This document shows positions 9,525-17,094 of a stretch of 64,000 bases of DNA, in pieces. Numbering within the stretch: the stretch's first letter is position 1; each line of letters begins with the position of its first letter. The translations under genes and the position numbers were made by a program. A model generated the notes under the pieces. That model was not told the DNA's origin, ran no database searches, and saw only the letters and a program-made list of their open reading frames with translations. This DNA is from an uncultured Acidobacteriota bacterium (GTDB lineage: Bacteria; Acidobacteriota; Thermoanaerobaculia; UBA5066; Gp7-AA6): NCBI GenBank assembly GCA_963708395.1, contig CAVPSG010000002.1:1167-65166 (forward strand), written 5' to 3'.

Positions 9525-11463
9525 ATGATCTGGACTTCTTGGCGGTTCCTCCTCGTCGCGCTCCCCTGTTGTTCAGCGGTGCTTGGGTGCGACCCACGGG
9601 AGCTGTCCAGTCCGCCGGCGACGGGCGACAATCAGGTCCAGGGCGCCCCGCTCGGCTGGGGCGCGTATCCCACGCCGGCGTTCACCGTCGGCGTCGACTA
9701 CACGCATCATCACGGCGGTACGGCGGCGGCGTTCATCCACGGATTCACGGCGTCGGGAACGTCGACGACGTACTTGATGCAGAACTTCCTTGCCGACTCG
9801 TACCGAGGAAAGCGCGTACGCTGGTCGGCGTGGGTCGCGCACACGGATGTCGGCGGCGGCGATGTCGGTCTCTACCTGAGCGTCGAGGGACCCGGGCAGT
9901 ACACCGGCATCGACGACATGTCGAATCGGAGTCTCACCGGCACGGCCGATTGGCACCAGATCTCGTCGGTGCTGGACGTGCCGTCGAACGCGATCGGTCT
10001 CACGGTCGGAGCCGTCATGTCCGGGTCGGGTATACTGCTCATCGACGATTGCCGTCTCGAGGTCGTCGGCACGGACGTTCCGACGACGAACACCCTCAAG
10101 ACGCCGCAGCTCACGGGCGACGATTCCGCCGCGGTCGCGGCCGCGTATGGCCGAAGCGGAAACGTGCCGCTCAACCTCGACTTCGAGGGATTTTCGCCGG
10201 CGCCGCCCAGCGCGATCGATTGGCTCGGACGAACCGCGTCCCTCGTCACGACGACGAATCCTCAGGAAAGCTCGGCCAATCTTCAGCCGCTCAAACAGGT
10301 GATCGGCACCGCGCACGTGGTCGGCCTCGGAGAGGGCACGCACGGCACGCGTGAGTTTTTTGATGAAGCACCGCATTCTCGAGATGCTGGTGCAGGAAAT
10401 GGGCTTCACGACGTTCGCCATCGAGGCGTCCACGCCGGAAGCGAACGACATGAACCGCTACGTGCTCACCGGCGTCGGCGATCCGAAGGTGCTGCTGTCG
10501 CGCCTGTATTTCTGGACGTGGAACACGCAGGAAGTGCTCGACATGATCGAGTGGATGCGGCAATGGAACGCGAAGGCGCCGCCGTCACAGCGCGTGCAGT
10601 TCCTCGGATTCGACATGCAGTTTCCTGGCGAGGCGATGGACAGCGTGCAGTCGTTCGCGACACGCATCAATCGCGCGGACAGCGCGTACGTCGCCACGCG
10701 CTTCAACTGTATGAACCCGTATCGCAATCACGGCCAGCTCGGCCCGGCGCTCCAGGTCGGGTTCTATCGAGGCAAGGTGTCGCCCGCCGACCAGGCCGCG
10801 TGCGCCGCCGGGTTGCAGGAGGTCTACGACCGCATCGCGGCGAATGCTGCGCAGTATTCGTCGGCGGCGCCGGCGGACACGTTCCAGCTTCGGCTGCACG
10901 ACGCGCGTCTCGTGCAGCAGTACGAGCGGATGATCGTCGTGGGCAACGTCACCGAGAGCGCCGCGCGCGACCGCTTCATGGCCGAAAACGTCGGCTGGAT
11001 CCGAAGCCAGGTGGGACCAACCGGCAAGGTCGTGCTGTGGGCACACGATGGCCACATCAACAACGTGACCGGGTACATGGGCGGATACCTCCGCGCGAGC
11101 TACGGAACCGATTACGTGAATGTCGGCTTCCTCTTCGCGCAGGGGAACTTCAACGCCGTGGGATTCAACGGTGAGGGTCTCAAGTCGTGGCGGTCGACAG
11201 TGGTTCCGTCGAACTCCATCGAGGCGATCTTCGCTGGCACGAGCAAATCGGCGCTGTTGTTCAACACGCACCTGATTCCAGCCGGCGGCGCGCCGGCCGC
11301 TCCGCTCGCGGGGCCGATCCAAATGCGGTCGATCGGCTCGGCGTTCAACCCGGAATCGGATGCGTCGTTCTTCGGACCTGTGACGTTCCCCAGCACGTTC
11401 GACGTGCTGATCTATTTGCAAAACACGACGGCGTCGACGCTGCTGCCGTTCGTCTATCAGTGA
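9525..11463 (+). CDS. Erythromycin esterase (Ere/ChaN-like) family protein with an extra N-terminal beta domain; one frameshift at ~10360
   Basis: VGLGEGTHGTREFF joins MKHRILEMLVQEMGFTTFAIEA…RDRFMAENV…VVLWAHDGHI across a T6 homopolymer. The N-terminus is lipoprotein-like (AVLGC). Confidence 0.88.
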
Positions 11464-11489
11464 GCCAACTTCGGGTCTCAGGAGGCAAC

Positions 11490-11603
11490 ATGCGGGTCGT
11501 TCGATATGCGGTGGTCGCGCTGGTCGTCGCGGCGGCGTTCACCGGGTGCAAGAAGGGTGGCGGGTACATGAGAACCGCCCCCGTGCCGGCGGTCGCGAAG
11601 TAG
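11490..11603 (+). CDS. 37-aa small putative lipoprotein
   Basis: AGGAGG Shine-Dalgarno, then MRVVRYAVVALVVAAAFTGCKKGGGY… with lipobox FTGC. Its stop overlaps the next start (TAGTG). Confidence 0.7.
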   Translation: MRVVRYAVVALVVAAAFTGCKKGGGYMRTAPVPAVAK

Positions 11604-12146
11604 TGCGATCCTCTGGAATCCGAGCGCTCGCGCTGATTGGCGCGCTGGTCGCGGGCCAGTCCGCGCGAGCGCAGGGATATCCGTTCAGTCAACGAGGGAG
11701 CGTCACGCAGGACGTGGCGTTCACCAAGATCGCGATCGAGTATGGTCGGCCGATCGCGCGCGGCCGCGTGCTATTCGGCCAGCTCGTTCCCTGGGACAGC
11801 ATCTGGCATCCCGGGGCGGACTCGGCCACGCGAATCTCCTTCGCGCACGACGTCGTGCTCGAGGGCCACGCGGTCAAGGCGGGTGAGTACTCGCTGTGGC
11901 TCGTGCCGCGCCAGCGCGGCACGTGGACGTTCATCCTCAGCCGCGCGGCGCACACGTTCCACAAGCCATATCCGGGCGCGTCGGAGGACCTGCTCCGTGT
12001 GGAGGTCACGCCGGAGACGGTGTCGCACATGGAAACCATGGCGATCTATTTTCCCGTCGTGCTTCGTGAGACCGCGGTCGTTACGGATTCACTGGGGCGA
12101 GACCGCCGTGCCAATTCACATCACGGCGCCGTACAAGCCGGACTGA
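11603..12146 (+). CDS. DUF2911 family exported protein; one frameshift near 12080
   Basis: GTG start. Motifs SQRGSVTQ, IEYGRPIARGRVLFGQLVPWDSIWHPGAD and GEYSLW. The C-terminus IHWGETAVPIHI is in a second frame. Confidence 0.85.
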
Positions 12147-12207
12147 TCGCCGCGGGCGCGTGATTTCCCCGACGCTGACGTCGCGTCGACCGACCGAAGA
12201 TGGCCGT

Positions 12208-12678
12208 CTATCTGCGCCGCGTTCGCACCAGCAGCACGTCACCCACGATGACCGAACCCGTCGGCGTGAGGCGAGGGCCGATGGACAGAAGCGCCGTGCT
12301 CCAGGCTCACAGCTTCAATCGTCGAGACACGCATAGACTCGAGGATCGAAAGCTCCATGGGCGCTCCTCCGTCGATGGATACCGACAGCGGCGCTAAGCC
12401 ACGCGGATTGAAGAATTCCGGACGTACGCGACGCAACGCCGCGAGCAGCCATGTCGTCTTGTCCATCGCGCGAAAGGTCCGCCGCGGACACCGTTTGACG
12501 ATTGTATGAGTCGGGACTCGGTCTGGTTCGACGGCCGGACTGCGGTCGTCGTACAGCCCGACGCCGATCCGACGACCACGAACAGGATGGCCGCCCGTCG
12601 CGCATACGTTCGAAGACTCGCATTCGAGGCGCCGCGACGCGATTGGCGCGCTCCCCACACGACGATTTGTCTGGACAT
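12208..12678 (-). CDS. Putative small lipoprotein with a TonB-plug-like domain; two frameshifts
   Basis: Frames join …FVVVGSASGCTTT…, LLAALRRVRPEFF…VSIDGG…LESMRVSTIEAV and GSVIVGDVLLVRTRRR*. The family resemblance is from memory. Confidence 0.5.
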
Positions 12679-12753
12679 CGATCGCTCCGCGACTTGAGTC
12701 GGTTTTGGCGGCTCGGGCCGACGCCGTCGGTTGGGCTGCAACTGGCCCCAGAC

Positions 12754-12788
12754 ACAAGCACACGATCTCGATTCACAACCCGACATTT
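12754..12788 (-). promoter_or_regulatory. Candidate ECF-sigma promoter, copy 2 (AAATGTCGGGTT-N10-ATCGTGTGCTTGT)
   Basis: All 25 conserved positions and the spacing are identical to the copy at 16349-16383. It lies ~75 nt upstream of the lipoprotein start. Confidence 0.65.
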
Positions 12789-12878
12789 CTTCGGCGTCGC
12801 TGGTCCATCATCCGAGCGGCGAATGCGCGGGATTGGACAGGCGCTGATCAACGGGACACCGGAGCAACAGCGTGGTCG

Positions 12879-15800
12879 CTAGAAGCTGTACCGCAGCGAG
12901 AGCTGCAGCTGGTAGCTGGACTCGGCGTTCTGGACGTTGCGCGCCGGGGTGTTGAACGTGTAGAGCGGCTGCGCCACCGGCGTCTGCGTCCGCCCCGCGT
13001 TCTGCAGAATCCACGGGCTGGGGACCTCGAAGAGTCCCCACGACTTGTTGAGCAAGTTGAGAACGTTGAATACCTCGAGCTGGACCGCCGCGGCATGTCC
13101 GCCAACCGCGGGCAGCGACTGCCGCACCGACAGGTTCGAGGTGTGCACCCACGCGCTGCGACAACTGTTGCGCGCGACGATGCGGCCTCGCTGCCGATCG
13201 AGGCACGGCGTGCTGTGAATGAACTTCTCGAAGGCCACGCCCTGCGCTGTCGCCGAGTCTGAACTTCCGGCGAAGGCAATCTCCGACCGATTGGTCGCGT
13301 CGCGCGGCACGTAGATGGGATCGTCGGCGCCGGTACCGTCGGCGTTCAGATCACCCGTGAACTTTCCGGCCGTCGAATCGCCGTATGTGAACGGCACGCC
13401 AGACTCGCCGATGTAGTACAGTGAGATGTCGGTCGTTCGGTGCTTCCATCGCGCCGCGTACGTCGCCGAAAGCACCACCCGATGTGGGATCTCGAACGAG
13501 GACACGCCAGAGGTCGCGTCATCGAGGCGGCCGGAGCCCGGGCGTTCGCCCGCCCAGAGGTCGAGCGGAATTGGAGTCATGTTGCTCGTGATGGATCGCA
13601 CGTCGCGGACACGCGAATACGTGTATGAGAGACCCATCTCGAGACGGTCGGACCATGGCCTGTGCACCTGTCCCGTAACCGACCATGAGTACCCGCCGGT
13701 TTGGTTGCGAAGATCGACGACCTCTGAAAACGGGTTGCCCGCGACGAGCGACGGGCGCGCAACGCCATCAGTGCCAAGCGATCCGTACATCACTCGACCG
13801 TGCGAATCGACACCCGTTGGGCCGCCGAGGCCGAGATTGAAGAAGCCGAAGTCGGATCGCACTCGCGAGTACAAGGCTTCCACGCCGCCAATCAGGTTCC
13901 ATGGCAGGCGCTGGTCGACGCCAACAGACGCGCGCATCGTTTCCGCCATGCGCAAGTTTCGATCGACGAGCGTGACCGCGCCATTCGCCGGGCCGGATCC
14001 ATTCGCGCACGTCGTCGGCTGCACGGCGGGGTACGGGGTGAACGCGGGCACATTTCCAGCGGCGCACGACAGCGTCCGTATGCCGACGCCGTCCGAGCGC
14101 ATCGGCCCAACGAGCCAACCCAGCGGCGGGCGACCAACGAATAGGCCGGCGCCTCCGCGAATGCTCGTGCGGTGGTCGTCGTCCGGCTGCCACATGAACC
14201 CGACCCTCGGCGACCACTGGGGGCGAAAACGCGGAAAGTCGGTGGTGCGGCGATGAAACACTGAATCGACTTGCGGATCGTACGCCGGATGTTGGCTGAA
14301 CGTCAAACCATCGGCCCGCACGCCGAGCGTCACCGACATGCGGTCGCTGAGACGCCACTCGTCGCTCGCGTACAGGCTGGGCTCGGCCCCCGCCACAGGG
14401 GATGCGGCGCTGCCGAAATCTCTACTGATCGTGAAAGCTGACGGGGCCCCGGCGGCGACCGCGTCGAGGCTCGGAAACGTCCATTGTCCATAGGCCGTTT
14501 TGACACCGATCGCAGCGTACCGGAAGAACTCGACGTGGGCGCCGAACCCGAGCGTGTGACTCGGCCCTGGCTGGAATACGACGTAGTCGCCGATCTCGGT
14601 GGAGGCACCGGTCGAGCTGCCGCCGCCCTGGGCGCGCACCTCAGGCCCGGCGAGCAGCGTGGCACCGACGACCGAAGCCGAAATCGAAGGCATTTGCACG
14701 GACGTCCCGCCGCCGATCGGATTGTCGGTGTGGCCCAACTGAAATTCGTTGAACACGGCGGGCGACAGTTGAGAAAACAGCTGAACCGCCGTCGTTCGCT
14801 TCGTCAGGCGAATCACGCCGGCGACGCTGGTGAGCTGAAAATTGCGGTTCGTGACGGGTCGTTGGAAGTTGGAAAACTGGCCGTCACTGTAGCTTTCGCG
14901 CAGCACGAGGCGGCTCGCGAGCTCCGGCAGCGCGAAGTCCACCCGTCCGAACAGCGCGATATTCGGATTCGGTAATTTGACGCGACCACCGTCGCCTGGG
15001 TCGAGCCCCCGGTCGTGCAGCAGCGAAGCGAACCGCGCTACTGTATCCGACGACACAGGGACCGGAAATGGCGCATCGCTGGCCTGGCCGACATACGGCC
15101 CACGAGCAGGTTGCGAGGCGCGCTGAATCTCGGGAGCAATGAAAAAGTGGATGCGATCGTGAACGATCGGCCCTCCGAGGGAGAAGCCAAACACCTCGCG
15201 CTCGAATGACGAGGTTCCCAGAAGCGTGCCACTCCTCGCGAGTTGCGCGTTCCGCAAATCCCCATATACGGATCCGTGCAGATCGTTCGTGCCGCGCTTC
15301 GTGACGGCGTTGACGAGCAGGCCGGTGAAGTCGCCATAGCGCGGGTCGAACGGCGACAGATGCACCTGGTACTCCTTCACGGCCTCCAGCGGGATGGTCC
15401 TGTTGCTCGTGCTGGTGAGGGGCGCCGCCCCCGCGCCATTACCGCTGGTCTGAAGAATTCGCTCGCTCACTCCGTCGATGAGATAGCTATTGAAGCGGAA
15501 GGCGGCCCCTCCACCCGACAAGCCGAATCGGGTGGTGACCTGGGGAACCATGCGCATGAAGTCGTAAATGTCCCCGTTGAGCGTCGGGAGCCGGCGCAGC
15601 GTCGAGTCCGAGATCGAAGTCCCAATTCCTCGTCCCGGTGCCCTCTGCGCATCGATATTGTCGGCATCGACGATGACGGTATCGAGGCGCGTGACGGCGA
15701 CAAGGAGGAAGTCGATGTCAGGACGATCGCCGAGGTTGAGGTAGGGAATTGTCCGGGTCTGCGGCACGAAGCCGATCCGCCGTACCTCGACGGTGTAGGG

Positions 15801-16055
15801 TCCGCCGGTTTCGAGTCCTTGAATCGAGTAACTGCCGCGGCGCACCCGCGCGTCGCTCCGATAACCGGTCGCGCGATTCACGATGCGCACCGGCGTCCCG
15901 TCGACGTCGGCGCCGTTCTCGGCGCGGACGGCGCCACGGATTGCCGCCGTCGTGATTCCTTGCGCGGCGACCGGCGCCGAAGACCACCACAGGGCGGTGG
16001 CCAACACGAGCGGGCCGAAAAATCGATGCAGACGACCACGCCGAGGAAGATCCAC
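12879..16055 (-). CDS. TonB-dependent receptor (Oar-like) with N-terminal carboxypeptidase-regulatory-like domain
   Basis: Probable GTG start at 16055 after GGAGG. Signal peptide, then AQGITTAAIRG, EAVKEYQV…FDPRYGDFTGLLVNAVTKRGTN, and C-terminal YQLQLSLRYSF. Confidence 0.92.
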   Translation of the reverse strand: MDLPRRGRLHRFFGPLVLATALWWSSAPVAAQGITTAAIRGAVRAENGADVDGTPVRIVNRATGYRSDARVRRGSYSIQGLETGGPYTVEVRRIGFVPQTRTIPYLNLGDRPDIDFLLVAVTRLDTVIVDADNIDAQRAPGRGIGTSISDSTLRRLPTLNGDIYDFMRMVPQVTTRFGLSGGGAAFRFNSYLIDGVSERILQTSGNGAGAAPLTSTSNRTIPLEAVKEYQVHLSPFDPRYGDFTGLLVNAVTKRGTNDLHGSVYGDLRNAQLARSGTLLGTSSFEREVFGFSLGGPIVHDRIHFFIAPEIQRASQPARGPYVGQASDAPFPVPVSSDTVARFASLLHDRGLDPGDGGRVKLPNPNIALFGRVDFALPELASRLVLRESYSDGQFSNFQRPVTNRNFQLTSVAGVIRLTKRTTAVQLFSQLSPAVFNEFQLGHTDNPIGGGTSVQMPSISASVVGATLLAGPEVRAQGGGSSTGASTEIGDYVVFQPGPSHTLGFGAHVEFFRYAAIGVKTAYGQWTFPSLDAVAAGAPSAFTISRDFGSAASPVAGAEPSLYASDEWRLSDRMSVTLGVRADGLTFSQHPAYDPQVDSVFHRRTTDFPRFRPQWSPRVGFMWQPDDDHRTSIRGGAGLFVGRPPLGWLVGPMRSDGVGIRTLSCAAGNVPAFTPYPAVQPTTCANGSGPANGAVTLVDRNLRMAETMRASVGVDQRLPWNLIGGVEALYSRVRSDFGFFNLGLGGPTGVDSHGRVMYGSLGTDGVARPSLVAGNPFSEVVDLRNQTGGYSWSVTGQVHRPWSDRLEMGLSYTYSRVRDVRSITSNMTPIPLDLWAGERPGSGRLDDATSGVSSFEIPHRVVLSATYAARWKHRTTDISLYYIGESGVPFTYGDSTAGKFTGDLNADGTGADDPIYVPRDATNRSEIAFAGSSDSATAQGVAFEKFIHSTPCLDRQRGRIVARNSCRSAWVHTSNLSVRQSLPAVGGHAAAVQLEVFNVLNLLNKSWGLFEVPSPWILQNAGRTQTPVAQPLYTFNTPARNVQNAESSYQLQLSLRYSF

Positions 16056-16348
16056 CGCGCCTCCAGAACCGCTCGGTGACCACTCGAGCGGCGAAACGAC
16101 GACGGTCAACACTGTCTGCGCAGCGACCACACCGCAAGTTGCTCCAGCCGCCCGTCGACGTCGGCTATCGTCGCGATCCTGCGCCGCGCCGGCGTGCGCG
16201 CCGACGACGAGCCTGGCCGGCATGGCGAACGTGTATGTTCGAAGATACGCATGAGATACTTTGCAAGACATGTCGTCCTCCATAGCCCGGGCTTGGCTCT
16301 TGATTTGCGCCACGCTGACGCGAATCGCCGGGGCGATGCGCCCCACGA

Positions 16349-16383
16349 ACAAGCACACGATTACCGGCGGTAACCCGACATTT
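16349..16383 (-). promoter_or_regulatory. Candidate ECF-sigma promoter, copy 1
   Basis: AAATGTCGGGTT-accgccggta-ATCGTGTGCTTGT, upstream of the TonB receptor and divergent from the ECF gene. Confidence 0.65.
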
Positions 16384-16533
16384 GGCGCCGGCGCCTCGCC
16401 GCGACGTCGCGCTCACGCTTGACTCGGCGCATCCCATCGCGGAAGATTGAGGCGCGAGAAGTGCGCGGACTACGCGACGTCGCATGCGCCCTGAGACCAC
16501 CGCGCCCCGCAGTCCGGTGCTGGTTGGAGCGAC

Positions 16534-17094
16534 ATGACCGGTGAGCCCGATAGCATGGGTGCCCTCGAAGCCCTGCGTAGCCCGCGTCATGCCCTGCTGG
16601 ATCGATTGCTGCCAGCGGTCTACGACGAATTGCGAGCGATCGCGCATAAACATCTCGCTCGGCATGGGCACACTGACTCGCTTGCCACCACCGGCCTGGT
16701 TCACGAGGCGTACCTGAAACTCGTCGACCAGTCACAGTCCGACTGGCGGGACCGCGCGCACTTTTTCGCCTTGTCCTCGGTCGCCATGCGACACGTGTTG
16801 GTCAATCGCGCGAGGGACCGCGCGACACTCAAACGGGGAGGCGCGCGTGGGGCAATCACGCTGGACGAGGAAGTGATTGCGGCCGACGACTGTGCAGACA
16901 CGCTGTTGGCGATCGACGACGCGCTCGAACGACTGGCGGCCGTCGAGCCCCGCCTCGCCAAAGTGGTCGAATGCCGATTCTTCGGCGGACTGTCTGAAAA
17001 AGAGATTGCCGAAGCCCTCGGCGTTACCGAACGCACCGTCGAGCGCGACTGGGTCAAAGCGCGGATGTTGCTGCGCCGAGCGTTGGCTGAATGA
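16534..17094 (+). CDS. ECF RNA polymerase sigma factor (TIGR02999-like, kinase-associated)
   Basis: LLPAVYDELRAIA, TGLVHEAYLKL, WRDRAHFFALSSVAMRHVLVNRAR and VECRFFGGLSEKEIAEALGVTERTVERDW. Confidence 0.93.
   Translation: MTGEPDSMGALEALRSPRHALLDRLLPAVYDELRAIAHKHLARHGHTDSLATTGLVHEAYLKLVDQSQSDWRDRAHFFALSSVAMRHVLVNRARDRATLKRGGARGAITLDEEVIAADDCADTLLAIDDALERLAAVEPRLAKVVECRFFGGLSEKEIAEALGVTERTVERDWVKARMLLRRALAE

Noticed and set aside
8081-12146. Frameshifts in the MFS, esterase and DUF2911 genes as programmed frameshifting or phase variation
   Set aside because: Single-base indels are scattered across unrelated housekeeping-type genes, one in a homopolymer. Consensus error is the simpler explanation.
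16419-16448. TTGACT-N17-GAAGAT sigma70-like promoter for the ECF gene
   Set aside because: The -10 element is a poor match and there is only one instance, so it cannot be supported.
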